A stretch of 64,000 nucleotides of DNA, taken from assembly GCF_009834535.1 (NCBI RefSeq), contig NC_045696.1, positions 104,534,001 to 104,598,000 of the forward strand, in the 5' to 3' direction. Below, one piece after another: positions 1 to 12,905 of the stretch (position 1 is the first letter of the stretch; every line of letters begins with the position of its first letter). The notes under the pieces were generated by a model. The model searched no databases and was not told where the DNA came from. It saw only the letters and a list, made by a program, of their open reading frames with translations. A program made the position numbers and the translations under genes. Origin of the DNA: Camelus ferus (lineage: Eukaryota).

Positions 1-3000
1 CCCAAAGTCCTCAGAGTACACACCGCCCAGGCGTGGCCATGTATAACCCCTTGGCAGGAGGGAAACGGACACTAAGAACACAGCAAATCCAGATGCCCAG
101 CATGAAAGGCACAAGCTCTTCTTTAGCACGTGACCTGCCGCAGGTGCGCCTTTATCCTGGTTCCTGACAGAGTCTTCCATCCCATCTCCAAGAATAAGAT
201 ACCACGAGTGCTCAGAGCTCAGGACAAAATAGAGTTAGTCCTCCCTTCCACTCACACGGGCCTAGTGGGTGCTTTGAGGACCATCTTCTTCTCTGAGCAG
301 CTGAGAAAGGGAGTGACTTTCCCTTAGGTAAATCTCCTCCTACCCCTGCGGAGTATTCACCTGACCGCCTATTCAGAATCACAATCTCAGAATGCACTGG
401 AGAAGACAAGACTCATGTCAGAGCAGGATGCATGTGCCTGGTACCCTGGGGTCATTTTCCTGGATGCAAAACCTTCCTCCCCTTGCTGCCAGCTGAGCCT
501 CTGATAAACCCAGCTCTGCCATTGATGAGTGATGGTGGTAGGCAAGTTTATGCTTAGGTGAAGGACAGAAAGTTCAGTGAATGCCAAGGGCTGTGAGAAG
601 TATGGTTCTGCCCAGGGGTGGGGAGTTGGGGGGGCATATCATTTCTAGGAAGACAAGATTCAGCCACAGATAAAAAGACAGAGAATGAAATAGCATAGCC
701 TGAGTAGATGATGCCTTGGCCAAGGTCTGAAAGGCAGGTGGCAGCAGAGCCAGGGTGTGGATGTCCTTTGTGTGCAGCTCAGTATGGCCAGCATCACCTT
801 GGCAGAAGCTGCAGTCCTGCACTCCTGGAAGAGGCTATTGTGATGGAAAATAAGGCCAATGCCCAGGGCATCACTGGAGTCTGGGAACAGTCCCTGGTCG
901 GGCCCTGGGAAAGAAGGGAGGGCTGTAGCTGTGAGCAGGGTCCTTTGCTCCTCCAGGACAGCTCCCTGGGGAGAGGTTGGCTGCAGCAAGGGCTGGAGAC
1001 GGTGCTGATTGGGAGGGAGCACTCCAGTGGGGACAGGAAGCTCCTGAGCGTGATGGATTGCTTTCACTCTGCTGCAATCCCCTCCTGCCTGGAGGGAAAT
1101 GACTTAGAACAGGTACAAGATTTTGAACTGCCAAACTGCGTTTACTTGCTGACTCCTGTTGCTTGTGAGAAGCCAGCTAGGGGAGAAGCCTCTGTTCTCC
1201 TGGGCAATTCTGCCTGGCACGTGCCTGTAGACCCCCATTCACAGCTGGGTCTGAGGGTTTGGGGATCACTGTAGGTTGGAAATCTTCACTGCCAATCCTC
1301 CCCTCCCCCCAACCCCTCCAAGCTTGCTCCCTGTTTCTCCCCAGTCCCCACTCCCTCTGCAAGCCACATCGGCTTCCTGAGATTGTTCACCATGTCCCAA
1401 ATGGCCTCCCCTCTCCCTGCTTCCCTCCCATTCTTCACCCCACATCTGCTTCAAGAAGAGCCAACCCTGTCCCTTAGGAACCTGATGGCCTCTCCCAGAA
1501 AGGGACAGCCTGCTTTATCTGCAGTTAGCAAAAACAAAAAACAAAAAAAGAAACTCAGTAAAACGTGGCTCACTCCAGTTTGCTCTACAAAGCTGGGGGA
1601 GGGTGGCGGACAGGAGACACATCTAGGACCAGTGGTTATGCTCTTCCATGGAGAAAGGTGCCTGCCCAGCTCTGAGGCTGCAGCCTTGGCTGGAGTAGAA
1701 GATAGAACAGGACCTGAGATGGATTGGTCAGAGGTGGGGGTTGCCCAAGTGGAGGAGTAAAGTGGACCAGTATGGTGCAAGGAGGGGAAATTCCTCTCTA
1801 GGTCTGGGAGTGGGGACAGGAATGCCAGGAAGGCACTTTGACCATCGCCACACATATCAGAGAACCCAAGGGACCTGGTTGTGATCTGAAAGCCTGCTGG
1901 GACGATGGCCGGGGAGAGAGACCTGGCTGTCTACAAGAAGTGAGCTGGAGGGAGGAGGGATGTGACGCACAATCCAGTGTCAGCTTCTGCCACCCAAGGC
2001 TGGCCGACTTAGGCAGGGAGCCACCCTACAGTAGTTGGTCCTGATGTTACATGTGCTTTGACTGACACCATGAACTGATGCAGGGAGTTGCTGCTTCCCT
2101 CTTGTCTTTGTTGCACAGAAAGGTACATTTTTCACCGTTCGTTTGTCTATTCAACACCTGCCCGTCACCTGCACTGTGCCTGGCCCTGGACTGGGCGCTG
2201 GAGACACACCAACAAATGGACAGCATCCTTGCCTTTAGAAGCTCACTAGCTAGAGCTGAAAATAGCACCAGACCCCGAGTTAGAGGCTCCACGCATTCTT
2301 CACACACAGAATGAAACATTATTATCATGTTTTCCTTTGCATATATTTAACACTGAAACAAATACAAACTCCCTTAGGAAATTACATTTAAATGCAGGTA
2401 CAGAAAAGTGGTCTTGAATCTGAGGTGCCTCATTTATCAAAGACAAAAAAGATTGGGATCATTCTCCAGGTATGGCTGTGTGTTTGTGAGCACGTTCCAT
2501 GCTTAGAAAGGTTTTATATTCTTTCCAGGCTTTCTTTTCAAAAGCTATGCTTTCATTGGGGCCAGTCGTTACAGGTTAAAATAAAACAAGGTGAGTTCTT
2601 TACTCCCATAGCTTTTCATTCACCCATCTGCTCATCCATCCATCCATTCATTCAATGACTATTTCTTAAGTACCGACTACTGGGGCTGGACATGTGCTAA
2701 GCCTGAGAAATTCAGTGGTGAACAAGAGAGACAGAATCCTACCTTCAGGGGCCTTAGGGTCTGGTGAATTACACTCACCAGACTTCAGGCTCCCCACGGT
2801 TGGGAACGCACAGTTCCCCACTCTGGCTTGTTCCTTTTCCTCTGTCTCTTGCTTGATCCTAAATAGACTGATATGTCTTGTACATCTGACCTGTGTCTCC
2901 TCTTCTGAGCATTTCATCTAGTCTACTTTGTTCAAAGGCGTACGACTCTGGCTCACCCCAGAGGTGCATTTAATTACCCCCTCCCATCTTCCCAGTTGAA

Positions 3001-4232
3001 AGATTAAGGAAGATAAAATTGTGCAGGGGACAGCCTGAGGGCAGTGACCCAGGCGGGACCTCAGGTGTCCTTGCTTTGCACCACAAGGTCCTGCCAGTCT
3101 GGCCCTGATGAACCGCGTTAGGAATGAATGCCTGACTAAAAGGTAACCATTCATAATCTGACCAGTGACCTATACAGCATCAGTCTTCCCGACATGACCA
3201 TGAATGACCAACACAGCTGATCACGCCCTCTCCAGGGGAGTTTAAAAATGAAAGATGAAGGGAGAGAAAGAAAGAGAGAGAGAGAAAGAGGTAGAATATA
3301 ACAAGGACCCTAAAGCTTCAACAGGGGCCCTGAAGCTTAAAGACATACTAAGGGAAGGCAGGAGACAGAAACCACAGAGGGAGAAGTCCGCGGGGCACCA
3401 TGAGTTATGAGTAAGCAGAAGCTGGCAGCAACATCAACGTGTGAAGCAGAACCTGGAGCAGCAGAGCAACCAAAATGGTGGCACAGAGATAACTACAGCC
3501 TCCCTGCTCCACCACCAGGACTAGTGATGCCACCACTAAAGCTCCTGTTACTCCATGCACCATCCAGTCCTGTGAGCTGCATCTCTGCAGCTGGCCCTGC
3601 CCTTCTCATTTCCCTTCAGCTCAGTGCCACTCCTCCATCATCTAAGGATAGCCAGAACCTTCTGCCTTTGCATCCTAAAAGATCTCAACTAGCAAAAAAA
3701 ACCCCATCTCCATCTAAGGCCATTGCTTCTTAGGGCCAACATTTTAGAAACCCCCTTATGCAGAGGCTGGATTCTGGATGTCCAGCCTCTGCCTGTATAC
3801 CCTCTGTGCAAGCCCAAGGACCAAGACAACCTTCCCCAGGTGTTGAGCAATGATCAAAAGCTGAAGTGGACCAGCAGGACAGGGTACCCTTACATAAAGT
3901 GAACAAGCATGCTGGCACTTTCTCCTGAGAGCCGTGGGGTAATTACTATTGATTCAAAGATGTCATGAGATTTGAGAAAGGATGCATTGAACGCACTGAG
4001 CATGTGTGTCCAATGAATCGCCTTGGACATTCGCAGCTGTAAAATGGGGGTAATATATCAGCTAGGAGCTGTGAGAATAAACAGGCTACTCTATTTCTTG
4101 CAGCAGAGTGACTGCACTTTAAAAACTCCTCCAGTTGTGTGATGCAATGATTTGAGGGCAGGTCCAGCCACTCCCATACACCCAGCCAGCCAAGCTGCCT
4201 TCACTCTACAGGACTGACAAGAGCAGGCCTAC

Positions 4233-4382
4233 CTTGCCAGCCGGGCTTGCAAACTGGCTTCACATCCACCTGCACCAGGGTGTCCTGAGCTGCGGGCTTC
4301 TGTCCACAGTCGTAGGCGGTCACCAGGATCTCATACTGGTGTTGCTTGTCATAGCTCAGTTTCTCCGTGTTCCTGATGTTGC
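4233..4382 (-). CDS. CLSTN2: Calsyntenin-2 coding exon (exon 5), end of cadherin repeat 2
   Basis: Translates (G)NIRNTEKLSYDKQHQYEILVTAYDCGQKPAAQDTLVQVDVKPVCKPGWQ. Acceptor gtcctcag|GC, donor AAG|gtaggc, 150 nt, phase 1 to phase 1. Confidence 0.97.
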
Positions 4383-5263
4383 CTGAGGACATGGGGACAT
4401 TGAAAATCATTTCAGATCAAGTAAACCACATTGCAGTGCTTCAGAATCCCTTCTGCATGCCTCCAACCTTCACCAGAACAAAATGCCCCCTTCCTCTAAC
4501 TCTTTGTGAAAACAAGGGCAAGTAGGGGTACTGGCTGGATTCATGCCAGCTGTGGAATGGAACAGCCAGGGGATTCTGAGCACACATCTGCAATCCAACT
4601 GGTTGTGCTTCTAAGGACAGAGTTGTCAGAAAACAACCCTAAAGTGTGCCCACATGGCTGAGTCCCAGATGTAGGGTGCCCGGCGCTCATTCACACGAAA
4701 TCTCTGGGAAAAAGATGGAATTCAGAAATGTCCTGACGCTTCTTTTTAAAAAAACATCTGGGCTCATCGCTAGGAATGTTCACTGCCTCTTCTCACATTA
4801 TTTTGCTACCAAACAGGAAGTAAAATCGATAAGAAAATGTGTGACTTCCCTTCTGAAAGCCACACAGAATAACAGATGTCTTGCCCTGGCGGCAAAGACA
4901 TTTTTCTTCTCCAAGAGAGACCAGACATTGTTTCTGAGCCATTTGTGTGTTTTTGTTCCCGGGGGTTCGATATTATGATTCTGAAATAAACATCTGACAA
5001 TCAACGAGTGAAATTTTAATTGACTGTTTTTGCTGAAATATAATTTTGCTGTCAAAAAATGAATCAAGGCCTGACGTGTGTTTTATACTTTTTGATTCCC
5101 AGAGATAAAAATCTTCCTTTTCTATATATAGATACTCTATATTATATACAATATGAGATATTTTACATATATATTTATTGAGATTACATAGGGATATAGA
5201 GATTATATATTAAGGGATTTCTATGATGTAACTAGAAAAATAGATACTTAATGAAGGTGTATA

Positions 5264-5405
5264 CAGCTGACCCTTAAACAGGACTGGTTTGAAATATGCA
5301 AGTTCAATTTTATGCAGAGTTTTTTTTTGATAATGATCATAGTTGTTGTTGGTTGAATCTGGGGATGCAGGATGCAGAGGAACCATGGACATGAGGGCCC
5401 CACTA
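5264..5405. mobile_element. Tigger-family MITE (MER2/MER8-like), degraded
   Basis: TA-flanked start cagctgacccttaaacaggactggtttgaa and end ggttgaatctggggatgcag...gagggccccacta resemble recalled Tigger MITE termini. Confidence 0.55.
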
Positions 5406-5933
5406 TACATTATACATGATTTTAGGAAAGTCTTCCTTTGTCGAGAATGATTTCATTCTTGCTTTTTTCCCCCAGTGGTGGAGCTGACAGCAAATTAGAA
5501 CTCAAATGGTATTATCATCCTTTACCAGAAGTGAAACCAAGAAAATGGAAATTGAAAAAAAAAAAAATCAACAAGCAAATAAAGACAACAGGGGGTGGCT
5601 GACTCAGATTTATGTTTATATTTCATCAAAACTAAAGGAAAACTCCCTAATGACTCCTAAGTATTTTAAAGGTGGGAAAAGTTGAGCCACTCATCATTCA
5701 ATATTAGTAGAACAGTACTCAGTACTGGGCCACGAGCAGGTGCTTGGAGCATCTGTGAAGGTGCGGAGGGGGCGGGCTCAGAGATGAGTGGTAGTGAGGG
5801 GAGGGTGTACAGAGTTTCCCAAGACATTGTACCAAGAATTAGACTCACTTATCCTGCTATTGCTCTGGACTGTTTCTAAAAATGTAACTGTAATCACAGA
5901 TTTGAAGTCAAGTTTCTTTTAGCAAAGCCAATC

Positions 5934-6428
5934 AAGTTGTGGTATATTTATATAATGGAATACTACTCAGTCATAAAAAATGAAATAATGCCATTTGCAG
6001 CAACACGGACAGACCTAGAGATTATCATTCTAAGTGAAGTAAGCCAGAAAGAGAAAGAAAAATACCCTATGATATCACTCATATGTGGAATCTTAAAAAA
6101 AAAAGAGGAAGGAAAAAAAGGACACGATAAACTCACTTACAAAACAGAAACAGATTCGCAGACATAGTAAACAATCTTATGGTTACCAGAGAAAGGGGCT
6201 GGGAAGGGATAATGGGAGTTTGAGATTTGCAAATGTTAGCCATTATATATAAAAATAGATTTTTAAAAATTTCTTCTATATAGCACAGGGAACTATGTTC
6301 AATACCTTAATCTTTAATGAAAAAGAATATGAAAACGAATATATGCATGTATACGCAAGACTGGGACATTGTGCTGTACACCAGGAATTGACACATTGTA
6401 ACTGACTATATTTCAATTAAAAAAAAAA
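5934..6428 (+). mobile_element. 5'-truncated LINE-1 (ORF2 C-terminus and 3' UTR), lineage-specific subfamily
   Basis: [42 protein letters not shown] is a typical L1 ORF2-end translation. 3' UTR contains tatagcacagggaacta and ends in an A tail. Confidence 0.92.
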
Positions 6429-9400
6429 GAATCTCTGAATAAAAATAGGTTTGCTGTCTCTTTGGCCTTGTGGCTGGTGTGCAGAATCCCTTTCCTTTTT
6501 CTCCAAATATTTGTTTCCATCTCAGCTTGGTGCCCCATGCAGGTCTGGAACGGCTCAGGATGGAGTTGGTAACATTCCCTGTGGGTTCCGTTAACAAACT
6601 TGTTTGTGGTTACAGCCATCACAGGGGAAGACTTCTGTCAGGCAGAAGCACTGTCAATAACCATGAGAAGTCCTGTCTCAGCAACACGGAATTGAATTTT
6701 GAATAAAAAGGTTTAACTTTCTCTTTCTTTGAAGTTAAATGGCTCTCAAAAGGTATACCTCTTAGAAGAGGGTGGCTCAGAGTTTACAATCTGTGTGACG
6801 TTAAGCAGACCAAACACTATTGATTGTGGTAGAAAAGCACATGAGCCTGCAATCCTTGGCTCAATTTGCTGCAGCTCCACTCCTGTAACAAGTCTTAATG
6901 AAATTGTCTGCGAAACTAATTTACTTTCTCCACCACCACCGACTTCATGCATGGGAGAATGGGTTTCAGAGCACAGAATTTGACGTGTTAGGTAAAATTG
7001 AGAGTATAATATTGTTGCCCGCAGTTATATGAGGGGGAGGCTCATGTTTGGATAAATCACCTATCTAAAACATTTTTGAAAGATCGGAAAAAGCCATTGG
7101 TTTTGCTTTCTGTTGCAATTGTATTATTTCCCCCCACATTTGAATGATTTGTCCTAGTAATGCCTTCTCAGGAGACCTGAGTCCACAGTTAGCTCAGGCA
7201 AGTTCCGTTCCCTGGACTTACTTCTCTGTTCCCAATTCTCAAAGAAGTATCAGCACCTACTTTGTGTAAGAAACTCAAGTGGGGCGGGGGGTGCAACGAG
7301 ACAACATGCTGACCTGCACCCTCCTTCTGATGGAACTGAAATGGGAGAGGCTCTTTTGGAAAGCTACGCAGGCCGGGCACTTTGCAACTCTTCAAACCTT
7401 TTGAGCATGCAAGTCCACATCTAAAAATCGACCCCCGGAAAATGATAGAAATTGCAGACAAAGGTGCAAATAGGTTCACCTAAGCATTATTTATTACACT
7501 GAAAAACAGTAAAGAAACTGGATGCCCCAGAGCAAGAGACAAGCTGAGCATGAATCGGTGCTTAGGTGGAACACGGCTGAGCACTAACGGCGGTCAGGAT
7601 GAAGCATTTCTACGGATAGAAAAAAAATCCACATAATCGAGTGTTAAGTGAAAAAGGGAAGATAAAGAAAAGCAAGGAAAGCGTGGCCTTATGTTTGTTT
7701 AAAAACTCCACAGAAAAAGTGCAGGCAAAACAGTGGTGGTTATCTTTGGTGGGGTGACAGGTGACTTACTTCCTTCTCGGTGCCTTTCTAGGCTTCTCAA
7801 GTTTCCCACAAAAGGCCTGTATTACTTTGTGATTCAGATGGAAGAGAAGTGCTTTCATTTACTTGGAGAATAAGCAGACTTGAGGACACACGTTACCCAC
7901 AGGCGTCCAGGGTCTGTTACTCACCTGGGCAGCCTGCCCACGGAGAGGGCTCAGTGGAGGCTGCGTGAAATCAGTGACTGCTTGGATGGCAGAAAGGTCT
8001 GCCGAGTGGAGACTGGGCATCACTGGGAGCCCTCTGCTCCCTCCGTGGCCGTTCCCACACCTGGCTGGGTGCCTTTGGGCACAGACACTCTGGTGACTGC
8101 TTTGTTTGCAGTATGCTGCCCTCTTACACAGGCATGAGATTTAATTCCCAATTTACAAGGAGGATCTAAGGCCAGGTTTAAGTAACTTTGTCAAAGATAT
8201 CTCCCCACCCCGCCCCACACACACAGTGGTGGGCATAAGATTAAGACACAACCTTGTATTTTTGACCTTAAATATCAGTGCCATGCTTTCCCGTCAGACG
8301 CCACTGAGCACAGTGATAACATCACTGGTGGAAAGACCTTGGGGCCAGCACTCAGGGGATCTGGCTCCAGTCCCCACTCTGCCACTGTGCGGACTGTATG
8401 GCCAGCTCTTTCTGCTCTGGGAATCAGTTTTTCCATCAATTCAATAGACGTGAGGATCTAGGCCCTACCGATCTCAGGGATATCAGCTGAGTGCTAGAAA
8501 ATGGGGACCCAGAAGCCACCTGAAATGGATCCAAAACTTCCCAAGAGGGGAGCAATGCCACCAGTTCAGTTACCTGCTCATGATTTCAGCCTGGAACTCT
8601 ATGGGGAGTGAGTAGCCTTCATGTCCTGGTCACCCAGGTGGATGGAACACTCTATATGCCAAGGGCCCTGTGGACATCCTCCCAGGTACTGCCTCACCCT
8701 GAGGCCTCGGCACCCCACAATGGGGCAGAGACTGTCACTGCCATGGTTCACAGGGGAGGAAGTCAAGGCAAGGGAGGCCGAGGGCCTCTGGTTGGAAGCG
8801 GCTGAATCTTGCGTCAAGATGGGTCAGGCTGACTCCGTGTCCCGTCCCCTGCCCTGCTCCCCTTACCTCCCCCACAAGCAGGGAGCCTGGCAGTGGGGAG
8901 GGGCCAGAGGCCGTCTACCCAAAGTCATGGGGCCTGAATGACTGGACCCCCAACTCAGCAGTGCTTTTTGTGATGTGCACGCAAATAACTTCTTCAAGGA
9001 CCTGGGAAGGTCGCCCAGAGAAGTGATGGATAAGGGCCAACTGGGAAGCTCATTAGAACGAAAACCGCTTCTGCGTCTGCCCTTAGGTCCTGCCTTCATT
9101 ACTGGGAGAACTGCTTTGTAAACCTCATGGTCGGGGCCCACGCTCCCTGGGAGTTTCCTCTGCATCTCCTGTTGTAAACCAGTGTTGGAGGCACAGGCCT
9201 GGCAAAGGATCATGACTCACTTTTAATGAGACAGCTAGGGAAATAAATTGGCATATGTTTAGTGAAATGGCTCATCAAGGTGAGTAATTATCTTCCTGAC
9301 CTGGGCAGTTTACCCTCGGATGAAGGAGTTTGCATCTCATTCCTCCGGGGGCTGTGGCTCTCCAGACTAAGGCAGGAGGCCAAGGGGACCACTGGTCATA

Positions 9401-9545
9401 GACACCTCCTCCTGTCCAGGCTCGCTCTTTGGCAAGGACTTGTCACTCCCCAGATTCCAAAGCTCCTGTGGACATAGACTGCACAGCTGATCATAGGGGA
9501 TCAGAAACATACAATGCAGGTGTTTCATCTTTTGTTGATTGGGGG

Positions 9546-9547
<2 letters not shown>

Positions 9548-9593
<46 letters not shown>
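9548..9593 (+). repeat. (GT)23 microsatellite
   Basis: Perfect dinucleotide run read directly. Confidence 0.97.
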
Positions 9594-9596
<3 letters not shown>

Positions 9597-11186
9597 AGAT
9601 GTGTGTCTCTGTGGTGGGGACAGGCCAGCCACTTCACAAGGCCTGCGGGAAAAGCTATAGGGAGCAGTTCTGATAGGCTCTCTACTAATTGAAATTACTG
9701 CTTCTTAGTCCTGAACCAAACTTTAATTAAAGTCCAGTATTTTTTCCTTTATGTTCCTGTGCATTGATTTTGTGTCCTACACAATTAGCATTTAGTGATG
9801 TCCAGGTGTGTTACTGTCATGCACCATGTGTTTTAGCCTCTTACAAGGAAACTCCCTTTTTAATGTTTTGTCTGTTTTATGAATATTGCTTTCATCTTCC
9901 AAGACAGATTGTAAACTCCTTTAGGTCAGGGATGAGGATGTCTCCTTGGTTTCCATCCTGTGGAATCTGCTGCAGATCTCAGGATGCAGGAAGACTCCGT
10001 CTTAGGGTAAGTTTCTCCCTGATCTCAACATCAAGAAGCATGGGAAGCACCAAAGATTTGTGAGCAAGTGACTGAGGGTACTTCCCTTTAGGCATTGGCT
10101 ACCAGGAGGCTCAGGGTTAACACCACGCTTAATTTAACCCTGGTTCATGGCATGCTTTGTGCACCAAACCCGCCCTGGATGCTGCCTGACTTCCTACTTT
10201 TTCTTTTCACTAGATGGTAAGCTCCATGTGGGCAGGGCCATATCTGTTTTGACTTCCCCTCTATCTTCACTCCCAGTCCCCAGCACCGTGCCCAGCATCA
10301 CTTAAACCTTTATGGAGTAGATGGACTTGAGCTTTTGCAACTTTTGCACTTTTGCACAGTACTTAAATCCTCTTTGAAACAAAGGGAGTGCAATATACAT
10401 ATACTCACATACTCATGCTAATAATGAAACAATATACTTGGCAAATAATTATCATTTGATTAATATCAAGTTATTGAGAATTATAGTTAAAGTGGGATGG
10501 GTTGATTGGAACTCTGGCTGTGGTGTTTATACTACAATGAGTTTTTAAATAATGGTGATGGGGAAATATCTCAATGGCTTTCTAGGACTGTTTTCAGTTC
10601 AGCAAGTTCAATTTGAGATCAAAGTGTGGTAGGAGGGTTTTTCATTCTTCACTCTCACTGGGGTGGAAATTCTTAAAAAATGTTGAGAAAAGCTTTAAAA
10701 ATTCCTAAATGGAGCTATAGCTTAGAAGGTGTTTCAGAAATCTCCACCTTCTCTTTCAGCATCTCTTTGTCTGGGAGCAGTCAGCAGATTGTGGTGGTGG
10801 GGGATGATCTTACCACTTGTGATATAGGAAACTCAGATTTGGCTGAGTTGACAGCATGGCTCACATCTGGATGGCAACAGGAAAATTCTACCCAAAACCC
10901 CACCCATCTTCAATACCTAGATGTGTGGCACTGTGAGTTCTAGAGAATATTCACTGGGTAGGTTTCCAAGGTACTGTGGAGTGTGTTAGATCGGCCTGGG
11001 GTGCTGATTCTGTAAGGTCATCCCTTCTAGTGCAAGACTGAGTTCTGGGAGACATAGCCCAGATCAGGGGTGGCAAGGGAGACATCACTTGTCCAGTACA
11101 TTCAGAGTCCACACTCGGCCTTCAGTCTGGGAGCAGTGGCGCCATTTCCCTGCCCCCACCCACCAGGGTCCTCTCAGGACACTCAC

Positions 11187-11395
11187 CGTTTCTGTCGATG
11201 GCAAAAGGCACATCAGTGGTGACAATTTCGTAGTTGCAGATCTGACTGTACTGGGGGGAGCAGTCCTCGTCGACGGCCTCCACCTGCAGGATGCTGTCAT
11301 AGATCTTGCCCTCCGTCACGACGGCCCTGTAGGCTGGCTCTTTGAAGGCAGGAGCGAACTCATTGACGTCCTTCACCTGGATATGGACCACAGCC
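11187..11395 (-). CDS. CLSTN2: Calsyntenin-2 coding exon (exon 4), cadherin repeat 1/2 linker and repeat 2
   Basis: Translates AVVHIQVKDVNEFAPAFKEPAYRAVVTEGKIYDSILQVEAVDEDCSPQYSQICNYEIVTTDVPFAIDRN, with cadherin Ca2+ motifs DxNEFAPxF and AxDxD. Acceptor ctcccag|G, donor ACG|gtgagt, 209 nt, phase 2 to phase 1, in frame with both neighbours. Confidence 0.97.
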
Positions 11396-11699
11396 CTGGG
11401 AGCATGCGCAGGAAAGAAGTGGTGGTAAGGAAAGAATCACACCATCCTCCCACACCCCTAATGGGCACTGACTCGGTTTCTAAGGATTAGGGAGTGGAGA
11501 AACCACAAGCCAGTTGGGCGGCTGTGGTCTGAGTGCTCTGTCCTCCCTCCCATGGAGACCCCTCCACCTATCCGTGCCCCATTCTCTGAGATGAGCCCAC
11601 CCCAGAGAGATGCCTCCCCTTCTTCGACCTTCCTTGTCACCTGGCTTTAGGCAACAAATTGCCTCCAGATCAGCTCCCTGTTCCTCTTTCACTCCTCGC

Positions 11700-12000
11700 C
11701 TACTCATTCACTCCTCCATCCAGCAAGAACCGAACCGCTCTTACTCTGGGCTAGGTGCTGAGCCAAACTCTATATGGGAGAGGGTTACAACCCAAAATGA
11801 AAGCGCTGTGACAGAGAGAAGCAGGTGGCCTGGCAATGACCCCGGGGGCAAAGGCCCCAACCAGGTCTGCAGGGATGGGCTGGCTCATGGAAGGCTTCCT
11901 GGAGGAAGTGACACCTGAACTCAGTCCTGATGGTAAAATAGGAGTATCTTCACATGACACAGAGGGGTAGAGTATTCCAGGTGTAGAAAGTGGCCCAGGC
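11700..12000 (-). mobile_element. LINE-2 3' fragment in intron 3
   Basis: cattcactcctccatccagc...ctgggctaggtgctg and ggaaggcttcctggaggaagtgacacctgaactcag resemble antisense L2 3' sequence. Confidence 0.6.
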
Positions 12001-12145
12001 TGATGCTGGCAGGGCCTGGCAAGCAGTCGGGCAGGCTACAGCAGCCTGGTATGACCACTGGGCATGCATATCTGAAGAGCAGCATGTGAACGGAGATGAG
12101 CGGGCAAGCGGGGAGGGGTCCAGGGAGCTCAGTCAGGCTACTCAC

Positions 12146-12341
12146 TTGTGCGACTTCTTCCAGGCCGTCTCCCGGGGACCCGCGCCGCAGTCATAGGCCT
12201 GGATGATGAACGTGTACTCCTTCTGCAGCTCACAGTCTATGGGGCTCTTGGCGCGGAGCCGGCCCTCTCCTGATGTCTTGTTGAGCACCACAGCCTCGAA
12301 GGGCAGCTCCTGGCCATGGATCTTGAATGCGCAAATTTCCC
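12146..12341 (-). CDS. CLSTN2: Calsyntenin-2 coding exon (exon 3 by human numbering), first cadherin repeat
   Basis: Translates (G)EICAFKIHGQELPFEAVVLNKTSGEGRLRAKSPIDCELQKEYTFIIQAYDCGAGPRETAWKKSH(K), recognised as calsyntenin-2. Acceptor ccttctgcag|GG, donor CAA|gtgagt, 196 nt, phase 1 to phase 2. Confidence 0.97.
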
Positions 12342-12749
12342 CTGCAGAAGGATGGAGTACAGACAGGCGGATCTTGAGAACTGCCAGACTGAACAGAGAG
12401 CTTCGAACGGACCCGATTTGCAAACCCAACATCCCCAGGCCATCTCTTTCACGTAGACAACCATCAAACCAGAAGTGGCCTCCGGAGACCCAGAACGACA
12501 TGTTCATTTCCTGGATGGTAAAATCGAAATGTCACCATCAGGTGTACCCGGCAGGAAAAAGAGGGAGTTATTATGTAGGGGAGCTGGCTGGTTATCCCAG
12601 TTTGCCACTTTCCCTAGCAGGTTTCCTGATTGCCCTCTAGCCAGGCTGAGATTAAGGAATTTGCCCCCAGTGAAAAGCCAATCACTGCAGAGGAAAAGAG
12701 AAAAAGGCCAAAGCTTTTCACGGTCTTTTGATAGAGCATGACAGCATCC

Positions 12750-12905
12750 TTGCTACTTCAAAGTGTGCTCTGTGAAGCAGCAGCCTGGGCATCCCCTGGG
12801 AGCTTGCTAGGAATACAGACTCCCAGGTCCCGCCCAGACCGCCTGAGTTGGGATCTGCATCTTAACGGGGTCCCCAGGTGATCTGTTTGCTCAGTGGGTG
12901 CAAGC
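12750..12905. mobile_element. MER5A-like hAT-Charlie MITE
   Basis: ttcaaagtgtg...agcagcagcctgggcatcccctgggagcttgctaggaatacagactcccagg...tctgcatcttaac...ccccaggtgat matches recalled MER5A consensus. Confidence 0.8.

Noticed and set aside
708..1274. Longest ORF in the track (188 aa)
   Set aside because: No recognisable protein family, antisense within CLSTN2 intron 5, in GC-rich sequence where such ORFs arise by chance.
11420..11435. tttccttacc upstream of exon 4, resembling a U12 branch point
   Set aside because: It mismatches the TCCTTAAC core, and the intron donor is U2-type GTGAGT rather than RTATCCTT.
11089..12640. Plus-strand ORFs of 133 and 145 aa overlapping exons 4 and 3
   Set aside because: Antisense shadows of GC-rich coding exons with no independent support.
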